A program made the translations under genes and the position numbers. The notes beneath the pieces were generated by a model that was not told where the DNA came from, did no database searches, and saw nothing but the letters and a program-made list of their open reading frames with translations. A stretch of 64,000 nucleotides of DNA from an uncultured virus (IMG/VR IMGVR_UViG_3300016474_001145) (Duplodnaviria; Heunggongvirae; Uroviricota; Caudoviricetes): positions 1 through 64,000 of IMG/VR virus record IMGVR_UViG_3300016474_001145; one strand, written 5' to 3'. Shown piece by piece: positions 9,367 to 18,687 of this stretch. Within the stretch, counting starts at the first letter, position 1. Each line of letters starts with the position of its first letter.

Positions 9367-10709
9367 TGGCTGATATAAGTATCAGGAAGAAAAATGAGGT
9401 TCATCTTATAGTTGATAGTGACCCTTCAATTGCCCAAGAACTAAACGATCATTTTTCATTTGAAGTCCCGGGGGCCAAATTTCATCCATTATATAAATCT
9501 CGAATGTGGGATGGTCGCGTCAGATTATTTTCTATGTTCACCAAGGAACTTTATGTTGGATTATTAGATTATCTAAATAAGTTTGCTGAGGAAAGAGAAT
9601 ATGTAATTGATGAATCTAATTACAATAAATCTTATGACAATGTTACTTTGGAAGAGGTTACATCATTTTGTGAATCATTAAAAGTATCATCAAAAGGTGA
9701 ACGAATACAAATTAGGGAGTATCAGATAGATGCAGTCTATCAAGCGATTGTCAACGGAAGACGCCTATTATTATCGCCAACTGGTTCAGGCAAATCTCTT
9801 ATCATTTACTGCCTCATACGATGGCATCAAAAATTCGGAAGACGACAACTTATTCTTGTACCAACAACAAGTCTTGTGGAACAGATGTACTCAGATTTTC
9901 AAGACTACTCTGGATTAAATCAATGGAAATCATCTGAAAATTGTAAAAGAATTTATGGAGGACATGAAAAAACAAATGACTATCCAGTGGTTATAAGTAC
10001 ATGGCAATCTATTTATAAGCTTCCTAAAAATTTCTTTAGTGAATTTCAAGTTGTATATGGTGACGAGGCGCATTTGTTCAAAGCCAAATCTTTAACAGGT
10101 ATACTTAATAAGTGCATTACTACTCCCTATAGAATTGGTACTACTGGTACGCTTGATGGCACCAAAACTCATAAATTAGTTTTAGAAGGATTGTTTGGTT
10201 CAGTCTATAAGGTAACTACAACTAAAAAATTAATGACGGATAAAACTCTTGCTGATCTTAAGATATTCAATATAATCCTTGATTATCCTGAAGAAATAAG
10301 AAAATCGGTTAAAGGATTTGATTATCAACAGGAGATGGATTTTATAGTACAATATAATCCAAGAAATATTTTCATTAGAAATCTCGCATTAAATCAAAAA
10401 GGAAATACTTTAGTTCTTTTTCAATATGTTGAAAAGCATGGTAAACAACTACATGATATGATTTGGGCAAAATGTGAGGATCGACAAGTATTTTTTGTTT
10501 ATGGTGGGACAGATACAGAGCAACGTGAATTGATAAGACAATTGACAGAAAAGGAAAAAGAAAGAATTGAAATATATTTTGGAGATGATAAACTTATATG
10601 TGATCCGACAGAAGAAATTATATTAACCTCTGGTATTAAAAAGTTGGCTAAAGATATAACTATAGAAGATGACATTTCTGATAAGTGGATAAAAAGTAAG
10701 ATTATATAA
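9363..10709 (+). CDS. uvsW: UvsW helicase, N-terminal fragment (motifs I-IV) with foreign 49-aa tail
   Basis: SPTGSGKS, DEAH, GTTGT; similarity stops at LTEKEK (10559); motifs V-VI lie downstream of an HNH gene. Confidence 0.92.
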   Translation: MMADISIRKKNEVHLIVDSDPSIAQELNDHFSFEVPGAKFHPLYKSRMWDGRVRLFSMFTKELYVGLLDYLNKFAEEREYVIDESNYNKSYDNVTLEEVTSFCESLKVSSKGERIQIREYQIDAVYQAIVNGRRLLLSPTGSGKSLIIYCLIRWHQKFGRRQLILVPTTSLVEQMYSDFQDYSGLNQWKSSENCKRIYGGHEKTNDYPVVISTWQSIYKLPKNFFSEFQVVYGDEAHLFKAKSLTGILNKCITTPYRIGTTGTLDGTKTHKLVLEGLFGSVYKVTTTKKLMTDKTLADLKIFNIILDYPEEIRKSVKGFDYQQEMDFIVQYNPRNIFIRNLALNQKGNTLVLFQYVEKHGKQLHDMIWAKCEDRQVFFVYGGTDTEQRELIRQLTEKEKERIEIYFGDDKLICDPTEEIILTSGIKKLAKDITIEDDISDKWIKSKII

Positions 10710-10739
10710 ATATGTTTATGCCGGTAAGGAGAACATATG
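10705..10739 (+). promoter_or_regulatory. Late promoter plus start-codon-sequestering hairpin of the HNH gene
   Basis: TATAAATA 10705-10712; ATATGTTT (10710-17) pairs with GAACATAT (10731-38). Confidence 0.6.
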
Positions 10740-11582
10740 AATACAATCAAAGAAAAATTTGTACTTGCTTTAGGATTACCATATGATAATGAATCATTAG
10801 ACAGGTATATTACTTTTGTATTATCTAATAATTTATCTGATTCTAATGAATATTTTGAATATCATCATATATTTCCTAGATCACTTTTTAATGATAATAC
10901 AGTTGTGAAACTAAGGTATGCAGATCATATCTTAGCTCATAGAATATTAGTTGATGCATATCCTTTACGAGAATTTATTCGCCCTTTAAATTTTATGTTA
11001 AGTAGAAACGATAAACTAGACGCAGATTATAGAAAATTGATATCTATTTCTGCTAAATTATCATGGAAAAAATTTAAAAATACACCAGAATATGCTATAT
11101 GGAAAAACAAAAGATCTGTATATATGAGTCAATATTTGAAAAATGGTGGGGCCAAATACTTGTCTAATATTCGTTTTTCTAATCAAAAAAACAGAGACCA
11201 AGTATCTTTGCAGTTTAAGATGTTGTGGCAACAAGAAGAATATCGTGCTAAAATTATTTTAGCAATGAAATTAGAAAGAAATAGTCCCGAAGGTAAACTT
11301 AGAATGTCTAAATCTGTAACTAAACGTTGGAACAAAATGACGGAACAACAACGTATTGACTTTTCTGAAAAAATGCTTTATATTAATTCTAATGAGGAAA
11401 AAAGAAAAGATGCTTCCGAAAAAATAAAAGCTAAATGGCAAGAGGAGGAATTTAAGAATAAGATGTCTAAGAGAAAAACACGAGGATCAGATGGTTCAGC
11501 ATTAACTAAAAGATGGGCAGATCCGATATTTAGAGAAAAAATGTTATTATCAAGGAAAAAACATGAAACCAACAAAGATTGA
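10737..11582 (+). CDS. HNH homing endonuclease inside uvsW
   Basis: EYHHIFPRS...DHILAHRIL HNH core; repeated basic W-containing helices. Confidence 0.85.
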   Translation: MNTIKEKFVLALGLPYDNESLDRYITFVLSNNLSDSNEYFEYHHIFPRSLFNDNTVVKLRYADHILAHRILVDAYPLREFIRPLNFMLSRNDKLDADYRKLISISAKLSWKKFKNTPEYAIWKNKRSVYMSQYLKNGGAKYLSNIRFSNQKNRDQVSLQFKMLWQQEEYRAKIILAMKLERNSPEGKLRMSKSVTKRWNKMTEQQRIDFSEKMLYINSNEEKRKDASEKIKAKWQEEEFKNKMSKRKTRGSDGSALTKRWADPIFREKMLLSRKKHETNKD

Positions 11583-11889
11583 GGAGGTAAAGGGCGCAAT
11601 TATTATTGCGTCCTATTAGTGAGGGACTTTCTCAACAGGAATAAATATCAAAAATTTACATAATATTATTTTTGCGTCTCCCTCAAAATCTAGAATTAGA
11701 AATTTGCAATCTATTGGTAGAGGGTTGAGAACTACAGAAGGCAAAGATAGCTGCAATCTTTATGATATTGGCGATGACCTTGCCTGGAAGTCTAAAAAGA
11801 ATTATACTCTTCTTCATATGATAGAAAGAATCAAAATTTATAATGATGAAAACTTTGAATATAAACTACTAAAGGTTCCTATTAAATGA
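11563..11889 (+). other. uvsW: UvsW C-terminal fragment (motifs V-VI), interrupted by in-frame TAG TGA at 11617-11622
   Basis: AAGGA RBS + ATG 11563: MKPTKIEEVKGAIIIASY**GTFSTGINIKNLHNIIFASPSKSRIRNLQSIGRGLR...; same frame as track ORF 11704..11889. Confidence 0.85.
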
Positions 11890-12326
11890 ACGAAACATTA
11901 GAATACAAATACATTAAACTATCTAACGGTGATAGTATAGTATGTAAAACTAATGATATAGCTAATCTTAACAGCAAGACAACTATATTTGTTTGTGATC
12001 CTGTTTTAATTACTCCAATACGAATGCCAAAAGGAATGAACATAGTTGAAACATATATTATGACTCCTTGGATATCTATCTCTGACGAAAAAATATTTGA
12101 ATTGAATACTAGTCAAATAGTTTTAGCCACAGACGTAAAAGAACATTTTAAAGATAACTATATTTCTTTTATTGAAACAAAGGAAGAAGAATCCTCAAAG
12201 GATAAACCTACTCGTACATCTAATGAAATACTTATTAAAAACTTACTTGGTATAAATGAAAATGAAGAAGAGCAAGACATCGAAGACGAAAAATTCTACG
12301 TCCCCGGAAACAGATCTATCCACTGA
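11886..12326 (+). CDS. Conserved hypothetical protein (between uvsW and gp55)
   Basis: IKLSNGDSIV...PW pattern, acidic tail; synteny. Confidence 0.7.
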   Translation: MNETLEYKYIKLSNGDSIVCKTNDIANLNSKTTIFVCDPVLITPIRMPKGMNIVETYIMTPWISISDEKIFELNTSQIVLATDVKEHFKDNYISFIETKEEESSKDKPTRTSNEILIKNLLGINENEEEQDIEDEKFYVPGNRSIH

Positions 12327-12873
12327 AATTCCTCAGTCATCTCATTACGTAGACAATAAGAGGTTTCTTCAAGCTCTTATTGAATATAGAGCATCTGTAG
12401 ACAAGGCGGCAGCTGAAGGTAAGTTGCAACCTCAAGTGCCTAATTATATAGGTGAATGTTTTATAAAGATCGCTACCCATTTATCCTACAAGTCTAATTT
12501 TATTAATTATACTTTTAAAGATGATATGATTAGTGATGGTATTGAAAATTGTCTAACAGCAGTTGCTAAATTTGATCCAAGTAAATCATCTAATCCATTT
12601 GCTTATTATACTCAAATTATTTACTTTGCATTTATTCGTCGTATTCAAAAAGAAAAAAAGCAACAGGCGACTAAATACAAAATGATTGAAAATATTGATA
12701 TAGATCAGATTATTTCTCAAGAACATGGTAATGAGGAATTCAATAACCATTTCATGGAATATGTTAAAAAGCAGCTCGATCATGTTGATATTGATAAACG
12801 AGTAGTTCAATTTCCTAAAAAGAACAAATTAGCAGAGGAAAATGTAGTAAATGCGCTTGATTTAGATGAATAG
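12256..12873 (+). CDS. gp55: Late-transcription sigma factor
   Basis: HYVDNK, YIGECFIKIA, NPFAYYTQI, AFIRRIQKEKKQ. Confidence 0.95.
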   Translation: MKMKKSKTSKTKNSTSPETDLSTEIPQSSHYVDNKRFLQALIEYRASVDKAAAEGKLQPQVPNYIGECFIKIATHLSYKSNFINYTFKDDMISDGIENCLTAVAKFDPSKSSNPFAYYTQIIYFAFIRRIQKEKKQQATKYKMIENIDIDQIISQEHGNEEFNNHFMEYVKKQLDHVDIDKRVVQFPKKNKLAEENVVNALDLDE

Positions 12874-12886
12874 TTTGCTATATAAT
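12857..12886 (+). promoter_or_regulatory. Putative sigma70-type promoter for deazaguanine cassette
   Basis: TTGATT-18 bp-TATAAT. Confidence 0.45.
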
Positions 12887-12911
12887 AAGCAAATAATACT
12901 AAGGATATATT

Positions 12912-13757
12912 ATGCAAAAAATTAAAATATCAGAATTATTTTATTCAATTCAAGGGGAAGGTCGTTATATGGGCGTTCCCTCAATTTTTCTAAGAACGTT
13001 CGGATGTAATTTTACATGTGATGGTTTCGGAATGCCCAGAGGAGAAAAGAGCGATGAGCGAGATATTATTGCGCAACACGCGAATCAGTACAAAGATTAT
13101 AAATCTCTTCCTTTGGTTACTACAGGCTGTGATAGTTATGCTAGCTGGGATGTTAGGTTTAAGCATCTTAGCCCTCTGTTGTCTATTGATGGCATCGTTG
13201 ATGCCATTTTACGTATGCTACCTCATGGCAAGTGGACAAGTGAACATCTCGTTATTACAGGAGGTGAACCGCTCCTTGGGTGGCAGCGAGCGTATCCTAG
13301 TCTCCTCTCGCATCCCGGTATGGGATCTCTTAAAGAGATTACTTTCGAAACTAATGGCACGCAAGAATTAACCCCCGAATTTTCCGAATACCTGAAGATT
13401 CATTTTCGTAAAGGTTGGGATTGTCTTACTTTCAGTGTCAGTCCTAAATTATCTGTTAGTGGCGAAAAATGGGAAGATGCAATTAAGCCAGATGTAGTTA
13501 TGCAATATCAAGAACATGGTTATGCCTATCTTAAATTTGTAGTTGCAGATGAAAAAGATGTTGCTGAAGCTGCTATGGCAGTTGAATGTTATAAAGACAA
13601 TGGATTTACTGGTCCGGTATATTTGATGCCTGTCGGTGGTGTCGAATCCGTATATGCTATGAATAACAAAAATGTAGCATTAATGGCAATGAAGAAAGGT
13701 TGGCGCTATAGTGATAGACTTCAAGTGCCATTGTTTAAAAATGAGTGGGGTACATGA
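12912..13757 (+). CDS. queE: 7-carboxy-7-deazaguanine synthase (radical SAM)
   Basis: ELFYSIQGEG, FLRTFGCN, ITGGEPLL, ETNGT, SVSPKL. Confidence 0.93.
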   Translation: MQKIKISELFYSIQGEGRYMGVPSIFLRTFGCNFTCDGFGMPRGEKSDERDIIAQHANQYKDYKSLPLVTTGCDSYASWDVRFKHLSPLLSIDGIVDAILRMLPHGKWTSEHLVITGGEPLLGWQRAYPSLLSHPGMGSLKEITFETNGTQELTPEFSEYLKIHFRKGWDCLTFSVSPKLSVSGEKWEDAIKPDVVMQYQEHGYAYLKFVVADEKDVAEAAMAVECYKDNGFTGPVYLMPVGGVESVYAMNNKNVALMAMKKGWRYSDRLQVPLFKNEWGT

Positions 13758-14491
13758 TGAGTGATAAATTGGTTGAAGAAGCACCATATCATCCTGGATA
13801 TGAAGGTGCAGTTTTTGGTCGTCCAATGAGCGAAGTAATTAGAGAGCGTATAAAAGAAGGGCAAACTAGATTCTTTGCCAACGATAATATTTCTGCGTTT
13901 ATTCATAACGAAGATGAAATTGATCTATTAGTAGATGAAGTGGCTGATAAATTCCAGCAGGTGTTACAATCATTAATTATTGATACCAGCAACGATCATA
14001 ATACGCAAGACACAGCAAGACGTGTAGCTAAAATGTTTGTTAAGGAAACATTCAGGGGAAGATATGCTAATCCTCCAAAAGTTACAGCATTTCCTAATGC
14101 TGGTAATTATGATGAGCTATATGTCACTGGCCCTATCACTATTAGATCAACCTGTGCACATCATTTTCAAAATATTGTTGGTCGGTGTTATATTGGTGTG
14201 TTTCCTGGTCGTAATGTTATTGGACTTAGCAAATTTAATCGTGTAGTAGATTGGATTGCGTCTCGTCCTCAGATTCAAGAAGAGATGACTATTCAGATTG
14301 CTGATGCTATTGAAAAAGAAACAGAAGCAGATGGTGTAGCAGTTCTAATGCAGGCAGAACATCATTGTATGACTCACCGAGGCGTAAAAGAACATGAGTC
14401 GGATATGACCACATCTGTTATGCGAGGAGCATTTAGAAAAGATCCATCTTTGAAACAAGAGTTTTTTAATATTGTTCATAAAATGAAATGA
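13754..14491 (+). CDS. folE: GTP cyclohydrolase I
   Basis: STCAHH, IGLSKFNR, RPQIQE, HHCMTHRGV. Confidence 0.95.
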   Translation: MMSDKLVEEAPYHPGYEGAVFGRPMSEVIRERIKEGQTRFFANDNISAFIHNEDEIDLLVDEVADKFQQVLQSLIIDTSNDHNTQDTARRVAKMFVKETFRGRYANPPKVTAFPNAGNYDELYVTGPITIRSTCAHHFQNIVGRCYIGVFPGRNVIGLSKFNRVVDWIASRPQIQEEMTIQIADAIEKETEADGVAVLMQAEHHCMTHRGVKEHESDMTTSVMRGAFRKDPSLKQEFFNIVHKMK

Positions 14492-15858
14492 AAATTTATA
14501 GCAAGAGAATAGCATTTTGTCTTAGCGATCAACACACTATTCCACATGGAGGTCTCGGTCAATTCGCAAAAAGTTTTGTCGAGACTTTCACTCCATTGGG
14601 ATATAAGGTAGATATTATCTGTGATAAAGCCCCTTCTAATTTGGGTTTTAAAAGAAGCCTTGAGGAGTCTGGTGCTTCGTTTATTTATCCGTCGGATTCT
14701 GTCACTTATAGTAAACATAGTAAGATCTTTATGTTTGAAGATTCTTACAATTTTGAAAAGATGATTAATTTTAGAGATGCTATGATGCAGGCTTTAAATA
14801 CTAATTTGTATGATACTATTATTTGTAACACATTAGAATCATTCCCTGCAGTACATTCACTAAGCCTACAAAAATCTATTCAAGTTATTTACTATACTCA
14901 TAATGAAAGTATGGTGTTCTTGGATGATAGAACATGGAAGAATGAATTTAGTTTTTCATTTAATGATTATTTTAATGTTCTTCTTCGTTGTTCTAATATT
15001 ACAGTTGGAACACAGACCTCCCGTAATTTAGATGAGCTTCGTTCTAATAGAATAAATGCTAATCTACTCCCCATACCGATGCCAGAAAAAACATTATTAG
15101 ATAAACATATCAAACCTCGTAGTGGTGTATTATGGATTGGTCGTTGGGAACCTAGAAAGAATCCAGAAGAATTTATTCGTATTATTCAAGAAACAAAACT
15201 CCCAGCAAAAATTATTACCAATACCAATGGTGCTAAAAAGTTTGAACAAGCACTAACTGAAATCGGTGCAAATTTTGAAATAAAAATTGGTGTTTATGGA
15301 AAAGAGAAAGTAGATTTCTTGACCTCGGCTAGAGTAGCATATAATCCGGCAATTAGAGAATCATTTGGATTAGCATTTTATGAGACTGCGGGACATATGC
15401 CAACCGTAGTACTTGAAAATATGAGTTGGATAAAAAATTTCCCAACAGAATTTTATATTCCAACCTCAAAGAAAGATGCTGCAACTAATATCAAAAGATT
15501 ATATGATGTAATGGAAGATGGTACTTATCAATATCAAACTAGGGTATTGGATAAAATTATTAAGGATAATGTAAGTGGTATAAACAAATGGGTAAATGAA
15601 TTTGATAATTTTATCCCAACCAAATCTGATAGCGATAAAGCTAGAATAAATCAAGAACACACTGTTTGCTACAAGGATTTCATAAAAGGATTAAATAGAA
15701 AAGATTTGGCTATCGACGATATTAAAAGTGTATTGACAAACAAGCATAAATTTAATATAATCTATACTGATGACAACACCTATCTTTCAAAAGAAAAACA
15801 TTTTGTTCCTAATGAAAAGACTAGTAATAATTCTAGTCTAGAGGATTTATTTGCATGA
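14488..15858 (+). CDS. GT-B (GT4-like) glycosyltransferase with C-terminal SLEDLFA tail
   Basis: PHGGLGQF, WIGRWEPRKNP, RESFGLAFYE (Ex7E). Confidence 0.8.
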   Translation: MKIYSKRIAFCLSDQHTIPHGGLGQFAKSFVETFTPLGYKVDIICDKAPSNLGFKRSLEESGASFIYPSDSVTYSKHSKIFMFEDSYNFEKMINFRDAMMQALNTNLYDTIICNTLESFPAVHSLSLQKSIQVIYYTHNESMVFLDDRTWKNEFSFSFNDYFNVLLRCSNITVGTQTSRNLDELRSNRINANLLPIPMPEKTLLDKHIKPRSGVLWIGRWEPRKNPEEFIRIIQETKLPAKIITNTNGAKKFEQALTEIGANFEIKIGVYGKEKVDFLTSARVAYNPAIRESFGLAFYETAGHMPTVVLENMSWIKNFPTEFYIPTSKKDAATNIKRLYDVMEDGTYQYQTRVLDKIIKDNVSGINKWVNEFDNFIPTKSDSDKARINQEHTVCYKDFIKGLNRKDLAIDDIKSVLTNKHKFNIIYTDDNTYLSKEKHFVPNEKTSNNSSLEDLFA

Positions 15859-17141
15859 GTAAAATATTTGAATATGTGATTTCAGGTCCCGCATATCTGC
15901 GACTCGGCGCAGAACAATGTAACGACCCTGAAACACTTGATATGATTAAAAGTATGATTTTGAAGACTTGCCACAATCAAAACAACCATACTTTTTCTTT
16001 ATTATATAATGGATTTACAGAGAAGAATTTCGGTCCCAAGCTACAGAAGTATAGACCGGCAGTAAAACAGATTCACGCCGACTCAGGTGGATTGCAGATT
16101 ATTACCAGGGGATTAAAGAATACACCAGAACTAAGAGATAAAGTTTATACCAATCAAGGAACATATGCTGATATTGGTATGGCATTTGATGAGATTCCCG
16201 TGAAAGCTACACAAGACGGTAAATCATCAAAAATTGATACGAAGAGAAGATATTTTGATAGAGAAAATTTCGAGGCATATGCTACACAAACAGGTAAAAA
16301 TGTTCGAGCACAAATCGAAAAATTTGCAGAACTGAAGTCAGATTGTAAACCTTTTGTAATTATGCATGGCGCATCTCATCAGACTTATCAACATTGGGCA
16401 GAAACAATTCTTCGAGAAGTCTCAGAACCATTGCAGAATAGGATTGGTGGTGTAGCCATGGGATCAGCGGCCCTAGGTATGGGTCAGTTAGAAGATGTAA
16501 AGAGAGCATTTTACGTTACTCTTATGCCTTTCAGTAGACCTTTTCATCTACATGTATTGGGGGTTGGCGCATTACGTCGTATGCTACCTTATCTTTTATT
16601 TAGCCAAACGGGTTTGTATGATGGGATTAATATATCTTACGATTCTACTACTCATTCTATGTCTCTTGATAATGGTTTATTCTACTTCTCACACTATAAG
16701 AAGTCGCCAGGATCTGCTTATGGAGGCACATCAGTTAAAATGGGACGTGAATATTCAAACATCTATAGAACAGTTACCGAAGAAATAAATGCAGTATGTG
16801 GAACAGAATATTCTCCTGAAGAATATCATAAGTTAATGAATTATCAAGTTACTGCTTATTTAGAAACAGGTGGGAAATTTATTGACATTATGCGAGCTCG
16901 TCTTGCTTTTATTCTTACCAATGTACATAATTTTACTAAAGATGTTTCTGAACTTACTCAGTCTAAAGAACAATTTTTAAGATTTGCTAGAGATAAAGAT
17001 TGTGAAAATGAATATGCTACATTATTTGATGTAAAGAATTTAGATGATTTTCTGCACTGGGAAAAACACGTCGGAAAACATATGGATTCAGAATCAGTTA
17101 TTGACAAACCACCAGCTTCACTAGAGGATTTATTCGCATGA
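15855..17141 (+). CDS. dpdA: TGT-family 7-deazaguanine DNA transglycosylase (DpdA-like)
   Basis: ADSGGLQ, AFDEIP, HLHVLGVG, SYDSTTH motifs; embedded among que genes; C-terminal SLEDLFA. Confidence 0.8.
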   Translation: MSKIFEYVISGPAYLRLGAEQCNDPETLDMIKSMILKTCHNQNNHTFSLLYNGFTEKNFGPKLQKYRPAVKQIHADSGGLQIITRGLKNTPELRDKVYTNQGTYADIGMAFDEIPVKATQDGKSSKIDTKRRYFDRENFEAYATQTGKNVRAQIEKFAELKSDCKPFVIMHGASHQTYQHWAETILREVSEPLQNRIGGVAMGSAALGMGQLEDVKRAFYVTLMPFSRPFHLHVLGVGALRRMLPYLLFSQTGLYDGINISYDSTTHSMSLDNGLFYFSHYKKSPGSAYGGTSVKMGREYSNIYRTVTEEINAVCGTEYSPEEYHKLMNYQVTAYLETGGKFIDIMRARLAFILTNVHNFTKDVSELTQSKEQFLRFARDKDCENEYATLFDVKNLDDFLHWEKHVGKHMDSESVIDKPPASLEDLFA

Positions 17142-17521
17142 TTATTAAACAAGATGTTCGGCCAAGAACAGAAACATTTATTAAGATTAGAACAGAGTTC
17201 GAAGGATATCATCGTTATCCTATTGCCAGTCAAATTGATCCTCGTATTGCTTTTCTTGAAAATGAACATAGGCATATGTTTAAAGTTGAGGTGAAGATTT
17301 CTGTATCTCATCTAGATAGGGAATTAGAATTCTTTTTGGTAAAATGGGCACTTCAAGATTTTATCCAAGGTGGCAATATGAATCACAAATCATGTGAGAT
17401 GATTGCCACTGATATTCTTGAACAGCACCTTATTCCAAAGTATGGTCAACGATTCTATGAGATTGTTGTATCAGAAGACGGTGAGTCAGACGGTATCGTA
17501 ACGTACTATCCAGGTGAGTAA
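17138..17521 (+). CDS. QueD paralogue (T-fold), DpdL-like candidate CDG decarboxylase
   Basis: EGYH, LENEHRHMF in place of CxxxHGH, SCEMIA, VSEDGE. Confidence 0.65.
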   Translation: MIIKQDVRPRTETFIKIRTEFEGYHRYPIASQIDPRIAFLENEHRHMFKVEVKISVSHLDRELEFFLVKWALQDFIQGGNMNHKSCEMIATDILEQHLIPKYGQRFYEIVVSEDGESDGIVTYYPGE

Positions 17522-18687
17522 TGGGCAAATTATATTATATGGGACTGGAGCCTTACGAGGGCCGTTACACATTGCAGTTACAACATTGGAGTGAGGAAGT
17601 ATTTAAACGTCGAGGTGTTGAATATGAAGTGATTCACGGTGAACTACTTGATTCATCTAAGTCTATTGTAACAGGTCAAGTATTAGATGCCCATGGTCGC
17701 AGTTATTATTCTTTGACCCAGATGGCTAAACTTGTGGCGAAGATGAAGGCAGGTGAAATCACTTGGGAAGATACTATTTTCTTTGAGGATATGTTTACTC
17801 CTGGTATGGAAGCACTGCCCTACATCATGGATCAAACTACTCCTGAGTATTGCCCTAATGTTTGGGTAAGGTGTTTGGCACAAACTATTGATCCCGACGA
17901 CTTTCTTCACGTGTGGCACATGGAAGAATGGATGTCTAAATATGAACACATGGTGAACGTATTTGTTAAAGGTATATTGGCATCCAATGAAGAAATGGTA
18001 ACGCATATGAAGATTGCAGGCTGGAATGTTCCAATCTATAATATTTCTGGTCTCGCATTTGGTAAAGAAGAAGTACAATCTAGAGTACCTAATAGAAAAG
18101 ACTTTCATGACCGTAAAAGGCGTGTATGTTTTGCTGCAAGATTCGATCAGGAGAAGCAGCCCAATTTCTATATGGATATGATTGAACGATTGAAGCCATA
18201 TCATGATATTGAATTTTGTGTCTTATCAGGCGGTCCTTTACGTAGTAATGATGAGTTGATTTTGCAAAGGGCTAGAGAGCTTGAACAGAGAGGCATGTTA
18301 ACTATTCATGAGAATTTGAAAAAGAATGAGTATTATAATATTTTAGCAGATTCTCGAGTATTGTTTAATTGTGCTCTACAAGATTGGGTATCTAATACAG
18401 CATCAGAAGCAGATGCACTTGGCACCAATTGTCTATATCCTGCTTATCGTTCTTTCCCTGAATCATTTGCAAATGACCCCGAGTGTTTGTATATTCCTTG
18501 GTCTACTGTAGATGCGGATACCAAATTAATTAAACTACTCAATTCGCCTAGACAAAATTTAGGTAAATTATCAGACTGGACAAATGGCACAATTGATCGA
18601 TGCTTGGATATAATGTTAGGTGATTCTAGTAAATGGTATAGAGGAGGAATAAGGTATCGTAATCATGTCACAGAATCTAAATACTAA
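17521..18687 (+). CDS. GT-B glycosyltransferase
   Basis: FAARFDQEKQP, LQDWVSNTASEA, YRSFPE in C-terminal Rossmann-type domain. Confidence 0.7.
   Translation: MGKLYYMGLEPYEGRYTLQLQHWSEEVFKRRGVEYEVIHGELLDSSKSIVTGQVLDAHGRSYYSLTQMAKLVAKMKAGEITWEDTIFFEDMFTPGMEALPYIMDQTTPEYCPNVWVRCLAQTIDPDDFLHVWHMEEWMSKYEHMVNVFVKGILASNEEMVTHMKIAGWNVPIYNISGLAFGKEEVQSRVPNRKDFHDRKRRVCFAARFDQEKQPNFYMDMIERLKPYHDIEFCVLSGGPLRSNDELILQRARELEQRGMLTIHENLKKNEYYNILADSRVLFNCALQDWVSNTASEADALGTNCLYPAYRSFPESFANDPECLYIPWSTVDADTKLIKLLNSPRQNLGKLSDWTNGTIDRCLDIMLGDSSKWYRGGIRYRNHVTESKY

Noticed and set aside
10560..11600. Functional split intein in uvsW
   Set aside because: No Cys/Ser at the N-junction and no His-Asn plus Cys/Ser/Thr at the C-junction; splicing is not supported
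10560..11622. Group I intron carrying the HNH gene
   Set aside because: Almost all of the interval is coding, leaving no room for a ribozyme core; no P7-like elements recognised
11617..11622. Genome-wide stop-codon reassignment
   Set aside because: TAG (gp55, gp41) and TGA (uvsY, queE) end conserved genes at expected positions; no other core gene has internal stops; no suppressor tRNA seen
15855..17141. tRNA-guanine transglycosylase for queuosine tRNA modification
   Set aside because: Lacks the CxCxxC zinc site of Tgt, no queA/queF nearby, and carries a clamp-type tail; DNA substrate more likely
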